Below, one piece after another: positions 20,000 through 28,877 of a stretch of DNA of 64,000 nucleotides. The DNA lies in NCBI GenBank assembly GCA_020348925.1, contig CP070758.1, positions 3,425,688 to 3,489,687 on the forward strand. The letters are read 5' to 3'. The notes beneath the pieces were generated by a model that worked only from the letters and a program-made list of their open reading frames with translations, was not told the DNA's origin and did no database searches. Made by a program: the position numbers and the translations under genes. Each line of letters begins with the position of its first letter. Position 1 is the stretch's first letter. The stretch comes from Gemmatimonadota bacterium. GTDB taxonomy: Bacteria > JBHIER01 > G020348925.

Positions 20000-22545
20000 T
20001 ACAGTCGCTCCGATTCATTAATGCCATACTTCTTTATCTTTTTATGAAGATTGCGGCGGCCGAGCTGGAGGGCTTCAGCCGTTTTTGACTTATTCCAATT
20101 GTGTCTCTTCAGTGCTTCAATAATGAATTCTCTCTCAAACCGCTCCATTGCTCCGGTTAATGTGATTTCTTCAGAGACCTTCTCAGAGACTGAGACGGTC
20201 TCCTTAATATTCGGCGGCAAATCCTCGGCCTGAATCATTAAACTTTCCCGCAGCAGAAGAGCTCTCTCAATACACTGCTCCAGCTCCCTCACATTTCCCG
20301 GCCACGTGTAGCTCATGAGAAGCCCCATAGCTTCGTCACTGATACGAAGGGGCTCCTCACCCGCCCTCCGATGGAGAGCATGTTTCACCAGAACAGGAAT
20401 ATCCTCTTTTCGCTCCCTGAGTGGTGGCATGTGAATCGGGATGAGATTGAGCCGGTGGAAAAGATCCTCCCGAAACCGGCCGGCCTCCATTTCGGCCTGA
20501 AGATCCTTGTTCGTGGCGGTAACGATCCTGACGTCGACGCGAATGGTCTCGGCCCCCCCCACCCGCATGAACTCCTTGCTCTCGATGACGCGCAGGAGCT
20601 TGGCCTGAGTCCCCGGAGGCATGTCGCCGATCTCGTCCAAAAATATCGTCCCGCCATTGGCCAGCTCAAACTTGCCGACCTTCTTCGCCGTTGCCCCGGT
20701 GAAGGCCCCCCTTTCATGGCCGAACAGCTCGCTCTCGACCAGTTCCCTGGGAATGGCTGCGGCATTAATAATGACTAGCGGCCCGTCCTTCCTGCGGCTG
20801 TTATAATGAATGGCCCGGGCAACGAGCTCCTTGCCGGTGCCGCTTTCACCAGTGATGAGGACGCTGGCATCCGACTCGGCCACGCGATCCACAACTTTGA
20901 GAATCTCTAGGACCTTCGACGAATCCCCCACAATGTGGGAATACTCGCCCCGAAGCTCTTCTCGCTGCGGACCTGTCCCCGCCTTCGCGAATTGATACGC
21001 CTCGGCCCGCTTCAAGCGCCCGGTGACGTGCGACAATTTTCCCTTCAGGTCTCTCGTCTGCTCTTCAAGCTTCTCCCGTTCCTTCACCAGAAGTTCCCGT
21101 TCTTCCATGATTATTGCCACCCGGTCCGATATCTCCTCATCACCCATGGCCTCAAGATCCTTCTGCCGATTCTCGATCTCCCCCCTGATTTTATTGAGAT
21201 GCCGTTCTCGCGTCAGCAGGTCTTCACTCAACTCAAGAGCCCTTCGTTCAGCAGCGAGCCTCTCCTTCTCCTGACGCCGGAAGAGATAGATATGAATGAA
21301 GAGGGTCGAAAACACGACGCCCCCCCACGTCTGGTTGACACGCATCCAGACATTCCCCATGGCAAGGGACAGGTACGCGTACACACCTGTGGCGATCAAG
21401 AGCAGGATTGAGATGATCGTTCCCCGAACCGTTCCCACGTTCGGAAAGAGAAAACCGATGACGAGCGCACACAGAAGAATACTGAACAGGACAGATCCCA
21501 CTCCTGCCTTTGTAACGAAATTCCCCTGCAGGATATTATCAAGAATGTTCGCTTGAATTTCAAGAAGCGGTTGATGATCGGCACAGGGCGTCGGCCGCAC
21601 GTTGGCTGCCCCTGTAGCCGTCATCCCCACGAAAACGATCTTGTCTCTCAGTTTCTCGAGGGAAAGAAGCGGTTCCTCGCCTTCAAGTATTTGTCTGTAG
21701 CTCTGGAGGATCTGGATGAAGGAGTAGTTTGTGTAGCGACCCGGACCGCCGGCATAGTTGACGAACATCTCACCTTTCGACGTCACAGGGATTCGGACAA
21801 AAATCCCATCGGAGCCCGTCATCATCATCCATTTTCCTTGAATGCGAACGTCACTTTTTTCAACGCCCAGAAGATCACCGGCCATGGACAGGGCCAGGGA
21901 CGGGTAAAGTTCACCATTATATTCGATGACAAGGGGACTCTTCCTCACGACGCCGTCCTCATCGGCTAGGATATTTCCGTGGCCGGTTCCGGAAGCCGCA
22001 AGGATAAGGTCCTGAAAGGGGAAAATCCCGCCGAGCGCACGGTTGTATTTCGTCTCTTTCTCCGGAACCGGTTCACCGATTCTGGCCACATCCGAGGAGA
22101 CCCAAAACTCCTCAGGGATAAATTGCTCCTCTTCGAGATAAAAGAAATAGGGGTACGAAACATTGCCGGAGGAACGGGTCAGGTTTACCAACTGCTCATC
22201 GTACTCGGGATGCTCGGTGCTCCGCTCCGAAAAGAGGAGGTCGAACCCGACAGCCCGGACATCGTATTCGGACAAAATGTGCAGGAAAGTGGCGTAGAAA
22301 TCCCGGCTGATGGGCCAGGCTCCGATCTTCTCGATAGTGTCGTCCCCGATGAAGACGAGGATTATGTCCGGATGGGGGTCGTACCCCCCACGAAGCCTCA
22401 GGAAGATATCGTAAGTCCTTTTCTCGAAACCGATAAAGAACGAAGTGTAGGACAGCCCGAAGAACAGGAGAAAGACGACGACGGCAAGAGTCGCACATAT
22501 TATGCTTCCCCGCAGATCGATTCTATTGTGCCAACTCATATTCAT
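19999..22545 (-). CDS. Membrane-anchored CHASE2-domain sigma54-dependent transcriptional activator (CHASE2-TM-coiled coil-AAA+-Fis HTH)
   Basis: N-terminal TM; CHASE2 ([48 protein letters not shown]); three TMs; coiled coil; [39 protein letters not shown]-terminal HTH. The ORF track extends to 22650 but the ATG at 22545 is more plausible. Confidence 0.9.
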   Translation of the reverse strand: MNMSWHNRIDLRGSIICATLAVVVFLLFFGLSYTSFFIGFEKRTYDIFLRLRGGYDPHPDIILVFIGDDTIEKIGAWPISRDFYATFLHILSEYDVRAVGFDLLFSERSTEHPEYDEQLVNLTRSSGNVSYPYFFYLEEEQFIPEEFWVSSDVARIGEPVPEKETKYNRALGGIFPFQDLILAASGTGHGNILADEDGVVRKSPLVIEYNGELYPSLALSMAGDLLGVEKSDVRIQGKWMMMTGSDGIFVRIPVTSKGEMFVNYAGGPGRYTNYSFIQILQSYRQILEGEEPLLSLEKLRDKIVFVGMTATGAANVRPTPCADHQPLLEIQANILDNILQGNFVTKAGVGSVLFSILLCALVIGFLFPNVGTVRGTIISILLLIATGVYAYLSLAMGNVWMRVNQTWGGVVFSTLFIHIYLFRRQEKERLAAERRALELSEDLLTRERHLNKIRGEIENRQKDLEAMGDEEISDRVAIIMEERELLVKEREKLEEQTRDLKGKLSHVTGRLKRAEAYQFAKAGTGPQREELRGEYSHIVGDSSKVLEILKVVDRVAESDASVLITGESGTGKELVARAIHYNSRRKDGPLVIINAAAIPRELVESELFGHERGAFTGATAKKVGKFELANGGTIFLDEIGDMPPGTQAKLLRVIESKEFMRVGGAETIRVDVRIVTATNKDLQAEMEAGRFREDLFHRLNLIPIHMPPLRERKEDIPVLVKHALHRRAGEEPLRISDEAMGLLMSYTWPGNVRELEQCIERALLLRESLMIQAEDLPPNIKETVSVSEKVSEEITLTGAMERFEREFIIEALKRHNWNKSKTAEALQLGRRNLHKKIKKYGINESERL

Positions 22546-22735
22546 AATAGTTCTAAAAGTATAATAAAACTCATCGGGTCCCCGTTCTTCTTCTTCAAAT
22601 ATAGGGCTGGAAGACCGCGTTCCGCAAACAATTTCTGGTTCGAATTTCAAATTTTGAGTATCGGATTTCGGATTTACGATTCCAGAGGGCGAGGGTCCTC
22701 ACGAACTGATACGAAGAGAACGTGTTCCTCAACAA

Positions 22736-22840
22736 TTCCGTCATTCTGAGCACGGCGAAGAACCTCCATATTTGGTGAAAGAGATCCTTCGTCACGGAGT
22801 CTATCCCGTGCAACGACACGGGATTCCTCAGGATGACAGA
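22736..22840. repeat. Palindromic interspersed element, copy 1
   Basis: GTCATTCTGAG...CGAAGAACCT...AGATCCTTCG...CTCAGGATGAC nested inverted repeats; 59 bp (22782-22840) identical to 26210-26268. Confidence 0.9.
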
Positions 22841-22913
22841 CACGCGGGAAAAAGAGTGCCCTCACGAATCGGTGCGACTTCAGTTTGGATACCAGGAACC
22901 ATTTTCCCACTCA

Positions 22914-25796
22914 CTAAGGTGTCAAGCAGGTCCCGAGGCCCAGGGTGACATTGACGATCCCCAGCACATCGACGATATCCACCAGGTCATCGTCATTGCA
23001 GTCAGCAGCCCAGTATTCGAGATCACTCGGTTCCTCAGTGCCCAACACAATGTTCACCCCAAGCAGGGCATCGATAATATCGATCATCCCGTCATCATTC
23101 ACATCGCCCTTCAATCCCTCGTGGATAGTGATGGAGAGATCCTGAATATGGCTGAGCATCTCCGAATCCCTCACCTCAACGCTGACGGCCATTATGCCCG
23201 CGGTTGAGGGCGTCCCTGAAATCACACCCTCAGTGGGCTCAAGGGTCAGCCCCTCCGGCAGTGAACCGGCCACGATACTCCAACTGAACGGCGGGGTTCC
23301 TCCCACGACGAAGAGAGTCTCGTTGTATGCGAAACCGACATATCCATCCTGCATTGCGTTCGTTACAATAGTCAGGGAGGGGTCATAGAAAATGTCGTCC
23401 TGAAAAGGCTCGGACCAGTTCCCGGCCACATCTCGAAATTGAACGGAGACGGTTTTTACGCCATCGAAAAGGTCGCCGCCAAACTCTGCGGCCGTCAGGT
23501 CCCACCCGCTCTTGACACCGGCGTAAGCTTCAGGCTCGGACCACAAGGTCCCGTCGTTGCTGAACCGCATGCGGGCCCCAGCGCCCATGCCGCTCAGGGC
23601 ATCCGCAGCCCTGAGATCATCCAGACCAACGATGGCCACGGTGGTTGTGTCATCACCACCATGCACCGAGATTGTGCCGTCCGTCGGTGCCGAAAGATCA
23701 ATCCAGAACGGCCCCACATGGAAAGTATTTCCCCAGTTGCCGGCGACATCCCCACACCGGATGTGGAAGTAATGGTCGTCACCACCACTTAGGGGCGGAG
23801 AGGTGGCTCGCTCCTCACCCTTTCCAACATCCACCGTTTGATCGGGCACAACACTTGGAAATCTGTTCCACACAACCGAATATCCGTCGAGGCCGCTTCC
23901 AGGGGCAGGATCAGCGGCATCGGTCCAGATGATCTCCAGGGTGGGGTTGTCGGACCAGAGGCTCACATCATGGCTCGGACTGGCGACATCGGTCGGCCCC
24001 TCCGGCGGGACAGTATCCTTGGAGAACCACCAGCTCCAGCTGCACCCACCCCCGACGTTGTCGGCGCTGTCATCGACCTTGAAGTATATGGTGTGACTGC
24101 CTTGAGACAGATCGTCGAAGCCGGGGACGGACCAGCCATCGTCGTCCCAGGAGACACCGCCCCAGTTAGTAAAGAGCTCCAGCCAAGCGCCGGAGCAGGA
24201 GTTGAGTTGATACCAGCCGTCATCCAACCCGAACCCGTCGTCAAACCCGAAGTTGGAAAAAGCGGGCGAGGTGCTGTACCATGCACCCTGTGGCTCGGCG
24301 ATGGGCTCCATGGTCGGCGGTGTCGCGTCGGCACCCTGCTGTGCGGTATAGGTGTAAGCGAGACGAGTCCCCCACGAGGACAGGACCACCGGGATGAGGA
24401 TGATCCGGCTCGAGCTTCCCCAGTCCGCGGACATGGAACCGGCGTCACCTCCACCGAGATTCATCTCCTCGAAGCCCACCCCGGGATAGTAGGCCACCAT
24501 GGCCGCCCAGTCGCGTCCGTCCTGCCCGTCAAAGGTGATATGCAACCCTTCCTCCACCCCCAGTGCCGGTCTATTCAGCTGTATAAAGTTCGTGCCGTAG
24601 TAGTCGGGCGGCTTGTTATCCTGATTCCCCTCCGCCGGATAGCTGGTGTGGATGTGGGAAGATCCCACGTAGGAATCAATCCAGCTGCCTCCCTCCGAGA
24701 AATGCTGCCCGTCATCCCTCGACCCGGTAAAGTACCGCCACACCGAGTACTCCTTGAGAGCCTCCTCGAAACTGCTGCCGTAATGCGTGGAGAGGACATG
24801 GTCAATATCATCGAGCGTATGGTTTCCCTGATTCGCGCCGTTGCGGTCCCAAACTCTTCTCGGCATGTCGTTGTCGGTGTGCCTTTCGGTCAAATAAAAG
24901 ACCCACACACTGGCCCCGTATTCGTACTCGCCGTTGGCCCTGGTGATGGGCAGCTCCGGCCAGTAGAGGGGGTTCTCCCACCCGCTGGAGATATAGTTGG
25001 AGTAATCGTTCACCCGGTCGTAGACCATATCCTCCATCCACGTGGCGCAGTTCTCGTACCAGAAATCCGACTCCCGGTCGCTGTAGCTGAACTGGCAGGC
25101 GTGATTGAACTCATGGGCGACCGTTACCTGGGCCAGGTCCAGCCCAAGGCCGGCCGCAATCACAATATAACTCGTCACGTCCTCCTGGTTGGGATCAGGC
25201 CCGTCCTGTTCCGGCTGGCAGTAACCGACCCAACCCCCCATGCCACTATCCACGATGTAGAAATCGTATTCATCCCCATCGATTCCGTCCGGCGGCGGAG
25301 CGTCCCAGCCCATCTCCTCAACCTCTTTGCTCCAGCTCTCCTCCGCATAATCCGAAACATTTTCGGCATATCCCTGAGACACCGCATCCACACCCGAGGT
25401 GGTGTAGTGAATCCTGAAATGGGCGGTCGTGATCACGGTTTCAGGTCCACTGAGTGTGGGGCGCTGCATGGAACTTGCGAGGATGTTTCGAGTGGTTTCG
25501 CTCACTCTGTGCACATCCCGCCAGGCATGCAACAGGGGCAACATCCCGCACCGCGTTTTTTTCTCCCCCCGGAATTTTTCGGGCAGCTTCCCGTAGTCCT
25601 TGACAGCGTAAACATTATAGGTACGCGCGGTCTCGTAGTCGATTTCGTTCGATTGATAAGCCTTCACTATTTTTCCGAAAGCGGTCGCATTCAATTTTTG
25701 AGGCCTCTTCTCCTCCGTTGCGTGGACTACAACTTTTCCGAAGAAAAGCGGACACAACACCAACAACAGCCCCAGTGTCAAACGGATATGTCTCAT
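22914..25796 (-). CDS. Secreted zinc metalloprotease (MXAN_6640-like) with Ig-like modules and C-terminal dockerin-like domain
   Basis: Signal peptide, HFRIHYTTSG, AHEFNHACQ (HExxH) plus WYENCATWMED, putative Ig (GGTPPFSWSI..GSLPEGLTL), dockerin GDVNDDGMIDIID...ADCNDDDLVDIVD. Confidence 0.85.
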   Translation of the reverse strand: MRHIRLTLGLLLVLCPLFFGKVVVHATEEKRPQKLNATAFGKIVKAYQSNEIDYETARTYNVYAVKDYGKLPEKFRGEKKTRCGMLPLLHAWRDVHRVSETTRNILASSMQRPTLSGPETVITTAHFRIHYTTSGVDAVSQGYAENVSDYAEESWSKEVEEMGWDAPPPDGIDGDEYDFYIVDSGMGGWVGYCQPEQDGPDPNQEDVTSYIVIAAGLGLDLAQVTVAHEFNHACQFSYSDRESDFWYENCATWMEDMVYDRVNDYSNYISSGWENPLYWPELPITRANGEYEYGASVWVFYLTERHTDNDMPRRVWDRNGANQGNHTLDDIDHVLSTHYGSSFEEALKEYSVWRYFTGSRDDGQHFSEGGSWIDSYVGSSHIHTSYPAEGNQDNKPPDYYGTNFIQLNRPALGVEEGLHITFDGQDGRDWAAMVAYYPGVGFEEMNLGGGDAGSMSADWGSSSRIILIPVVLSSWGTRLAYTYTAQQGADATPPTMEPIAEPQGAWYSTSPAFSNFGFDDGFGLDDGWYQLNSCSGAWLELFTNWGGVSWDDDGWSVPGFDDLSQGSHTIYFKVDDSADNVGGGCSWSWWFSKDTVPPEGPTDVASPSHDVSLWSDNPTLEIIWTDAADPAPGSGLDGYSVVWNRFPSVVPDQTVDVGKGEERATSPPLSGGDDHYFHIRCGDVAGNWGNTFHVGPFWIDLSAPTDGTISVHGGDDTTTVAIVGLDDLRAADALSGMGAGARMRFSNDGTLWSEPEAYAGVKSGWDLTAAEFGGDLFDGVKTVSVQFRDVAGNWSEPFQDDIFYDPSLTIVTNAMQDGYVGFAYNETLFVVGGTPPFSWSIVAGSLPEGLTLEPTEGVISGTPSTAGIMAVSVEVRDSEMLSHIQDLSITIHEGLKGDVNDDGMIDIIDALLGVNIVLGTEEPSDLEYWAADCNDDDLVDIVDVLGIVNVTLGLGTCLTP

Positions 25797-25919
25797 ACGA
25801 AAACTACCCTTTCTTGGAAAGAACACACAGCGAGATACGTTTCTTACTGATACGAAAAACACGTACATTGAACAGCAACCCGACCGAAATTCATTCCTCC
25901 ACATTCGACCTGAGGGGTG

Positions 25920-25948
25920 AATATAATGGAAAAAGGGAAAATCGACAA
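25920..25948 (-). promoter_or_regulatory. Sigma70-type promoter candidate for the metalloprotease
   Basis: TTGTCG-17 bp-TATATT on the minus strand. Confidence 0.35.
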
Positions 25949-26035
25949 GGGTATCTTAGGGATCCTGAAGGTCCAGGTCTCTCTCGGTCTCCTCGTGCCC
26001 AAACAGAGTTTTGAATCATGGAGTGCTCATCCGCA

Positions 26036-26112
26036 ACAAATCCGAAAATCAAATGACCACATACCCTTTTTTCCGATCAAATTTTTGATTTTGATTTTTG
26101 GATTTTGGATTT
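26036..26112. repeat. Short-unit inverted repeat element (AAATCCGAAAATCAAAT...TTTGATTTTGATTTTTGGATTTTGGATTT)
   Basis: Tandem 6-8 nt GATTT(T/C)G units in inverted arrangement; related GGATTTC units at about 22650-22680. Confidence 0.55.
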
Positions 26113-26173
26113 ATAAATCCTGGTAGGGATAGTGTCCTCGCGAGCCACTACGAATAGATTATGTTTCGAACAC

Positions 26174-26268
26174 TTCCGTCATTCTGAGCAAAGCGAAGAA
26201 TCTCGACACAGATCCTTCGTCACGGAGTCTATCCCGTGCAACGACACGGGATTCCTCAGGATGACAGA
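26174..26268. repeat. Palindromic interspersed element, copy 2
   Basis: Same arms as copy 1, same orientation, 59-bp identical core. Confidence 0.9.
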
Positions 26269-26310
26269 AGCACGGGAGAGCGTGTATCTGCTCTGCCGTC
26301 CTACTCAATT

Positions 26311-26464
26311 CATCATCCTGCCTTTCGACAGGCTCAGGACAGGCCTGACCGGACTTGATCCGGGTTTCGGGACAGGCTCCGTGAGAAATCTGTACTCTTC
26401 GTACCCAAATTCCTATTGAGAACCTGAGTCTCCTGGATTGCCCGATCAAGTCGGGCAATGACAC
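26311..26464. repeat. Additional palindromic elements (TTCGACAGGCTCAGG; CCGGACTTGATCCGG; ATTGCCCGA-TCAAG-TCGGGCAAT)
   Basis: Perfect hairpin at 26437-26459 and a related GACTTGATC core at about 26352. Confidence 0.6.
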
Positions 26465-26482
26465 CGGAGAGGGCTCGTAACC

Positions 26483-28864
26483 TCAACGCCAGATGAAATT
26501 CCCTCTTGTGGGTTTTCCCTGTCTCTCTTTTTTCTGATTGTCCGGTTTTGTTTCCAAAAATTCGAATCGCCCTTCATAGTCGGGATTGATTTTAACGGCC
26601 TCCTCATACTCACGCTGCGCCTGTTCCAGATCGCCCAACTCAAAATAGAGAAAGGCCAGATTCAAGTGGACATCGGCATCGTCCGGATTGAGGCTGAGAG
26701 CCCTTGTGAAAGCCTCCAAAGCCTCCTGAGAAAGACCTCTCTTGGAATACGCCACGCCCAGATTGTTGAAGACCTGTGACGAGCTGCCGTCAATCCGGCA
26801 CGCCTTCTGAAGCATATCGATGGCCTCGTCCAGCAACCCCGCCCGACCCAAGTGGACTCCAATCTCATTGTACGTCGAACATGCTGGCGCATCAGCCTCA
26901 AGAAACGTCTCGTACCCTGTCAGAATGTTTTGGTACTTTCTGCTTCTGATCTCGTCAAGATCTCTTGAGAAAAGATGTGTCCCCGCAGCTTCGATTGAGA
27001 CCGGCGGGGCTTCGACATCAATTTCATTAGAAGGATACGATTGCCAGGCCTCATCCACTTCAACCACCTGAAGCTCCTCGCGCCGTTGCTCGACTGCACT
27101 CACTCCTTCCTGCCAGGCCTGGTGAAAGGGACTCCCAACCAGTGTCGCCTCAACCGGCATCCACATTTTACCATTGTGACTCAGGAAAGCGTTCTCCTCA
27201 AATCCCAAAGGAGCCCCATCGCCTTCACCAGATCCGACGTCCACGGCTAAAAGCAGATGGCCCGGGACGTCAAGTATGGCCGTCGGGATGCCGATGTTTT
27301 CCAGACAGGAGGCGTACAGAACGACGAAGTCATCGCAGTCGCCGCGCTTCTCGATCAGGGTTTCGAGGGGATACTGGACATGATCGATGATCTCATGCTG
27401 ACGGCTCGCCGACGAATACGGCGTCTGCGGGTCCGGGGTATAGACCAAGCCGTACTCCCCCAAAAGATCGAAAAGAGCGATGGCGTGCAGAAGATTCAGC
27501 GGGAGAAAGGAGACATCCTCATCGAGGATATTCAGGGCACGGCTCGTCACAGTCCGCACGCTCTCGTCCTTGGGCTCGATAAAAGCGGCCACCTTCCGAA
27601 CATCGTCCCACCGTATGGCGTTCCGTCCGTAGACGTTCGCTTTCTGGGACGTCTCCATGTCCCGTTCACGGCTCTCCTCTTCAGAAAAAGAGAGAAGGGA
27701 GACACGACCCTGAACCGTACAATCGACCCTCACGCTTGAAACATTCCGGTTGAATATGACGAACAGGGGAATCTCTTTCGACTCCTCCGGCCCGAGAATG
27801 ACCGCCTCGTCACTGTAAAACGGCCCGTCCGTGAGCGTGTTGAACTCGATGCCGGCCCTGACCGAAATGGTTTTGTCGCTGACATTGACAACGCTGATCG
27901 ATCCGATAGGATGCTCGACATACCTTTTATATTGCGCGGCGAAAAGATCGTTCAGGCGGACCCATTCGATCCGCACCCACGGTTCCTCCTGCTCGAACCG
28001 CAGGGCGAAGGAGACGCGGTGGGTGCTGGGCAGGGTCGGCACATCCACATAGGCGTAGTCGAGTTGAAATATTTTGAACCGGAACCCGGCCCCACAGGAC
28101 CAGCTGAGGGGTTCGTTCGATTCGAGATCGTCCTGAAGACCGGCCCTCAGAGCAAAAGCATCGGAGAGCCAGTATTCACCGCCGTAATGAAGCCGATCGT
28201 CCAATCCGCCCGCTAAGAGCAGTCGGTCCGTCAACCGATATGCGATGCCAAAAGAGATCGATTGTTGCAGGACAGGCGCCGAGTTTCCCGTATCGTATTC
28301 GACCTGTGTATCCCCCATATCCTTGAGCGTGAGCCCCACATTGAATCCCTCGAAATATCGAAATAATAATCCCACATCAAAACCCCACCCGTAAGCATCG
28401 CCGAAGCTTCGGTTTTCATATTCGGCATCGGTCCGCAGGAGTTTTGTATTGACGCCGAAGGAGACCTTATATGGCAACTGCAAAGCATAGGAGAACAGAA
28501 ATTGGTTCTCCCCATAGGTGAGCTCGAAGTCATCAAACCCAATTCTGGACCAGGCCAATCCGAAACTGCCCCAGTTTCTGAAGGGAAAGGCCAGGCCGAG
28601 GAGGCTGTGTTGGATACCGGTAGCATAGAGGTTGGCATACATACTGTGTATTTCAATATTTTGGAGCAGACTCAAACCGGCAGGATTCCAAAAGGCAGCG
28701 TTCCCATCGTCTCCGATAGCCACAAAGGCCTCCCCCATGGCCGCGGGCCGGGCTCCCAGGGGCACATCCTGGGCGTCACTGATGGAAACACTCACAATCA
28801 CCCACAACGGTATCACGAAGGCGATGAGAGCTACTCGATCTTTAAGGCTAATAACGTTGCACAT
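26483..28864 (-). CDS. PorV-like barrel + Ig-like + transglutaminase-like + TPR fusion protein
   Basis: Signal peptide; GARPAAMGEAF, FWNPAGL, LDYAY...THRVSF; then RGDCDDFVVLYASCLE, PGHLLLAV, WMPVEAT; three C-terminal TPRs (VFNNLGVAY, VHLNLAFLY). Confidence 0.8.
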   Translation of the reverse strand: MCNVISLKDRVALIAFVIPLWVIVSVSISDAQDVPLGARPAAMGEAFVAIGDDGNAAFWNPAGLSLLQNIEIHSMYANLYATGIQHSLLGLAFPFRNWGSFGLAWSRIGFDDFELTYGENQFLFSYALQLPYKVSFGVNTKLLRTDAEYENRSFGDAYGWGFDVGLLFRYFEGFNVGLTLKDMGDTQVEYDTGNSAPVLQQSISFGIAYRLTDRLLLAGGLDDRLHYGGEYWLSDAFALRAGLQDDLESNEPLSWSCGAGFRFKIFQLDYAYVDVPTLPSTHRVSFALRFEQEEPWVRIEWVRLNDLFAAQYKRYVEHPIGSISVVNVSDKTISVRAGIEFNTLTDGPFYSDEAVILGPEESKEIPLFVIFNRNVSSVRVDCTVQGRVSLLSFSEEESRERDMETSQKANVYGRNAIRWDDVRKVAAFIEPKDESVRTVTSRALNILDEDVSFLPLNLLHAIALFDLLGEYGLVYTPDPQTPYSSASRQHEIIDHVQYPLETLIEKRGDCDDFVVLYASCLENIGIPTAILDVPGHLLLAVDVGSGEGDGAPLGFEENAFLSHNGKMWMPVEATLVGSPFHQAWQEGVSAVEQRREELQVVEVDEAWQSYPSNEIDVEAPPVSIEAAGTHLFSRDLDEIRSRKYQNILTGYETFLEADAPACSTYNEIGVHLGRAGLLDEAIDMLQKACRIDGSSSQVFNNLGVAYSKRGLSQEALEAFTRALSLNPDDADVHLNLAFLYFELGDLEQAQREYEEAVKINPDYEGRFEFLETKPDNQKKERQGKPTRGNFIWR

Positions 28865-28877
28865 TTTACGAGCGATT

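Noticed and set aside
22674-22910. ORFs 22674-22910 and 26159-26464 sharing CHPEESRVVARDRLRDEGS
   Set aside because: The identity comes from the palindromic DNA element, not from protein paralogy.
23838-25850. 670-aa plus-strand ORF
   Set aside because: Antisense shadow of the GC-rich metalloprotease gene; no motifs.
22736-26268. CRISPR or integron attC interpretation of the repeats
   Set aside because: Only 2-3 dispersed copies, no regular spacers, no cas or intI gene, and no clear RYYYAAC/GTTRRRY boxes.
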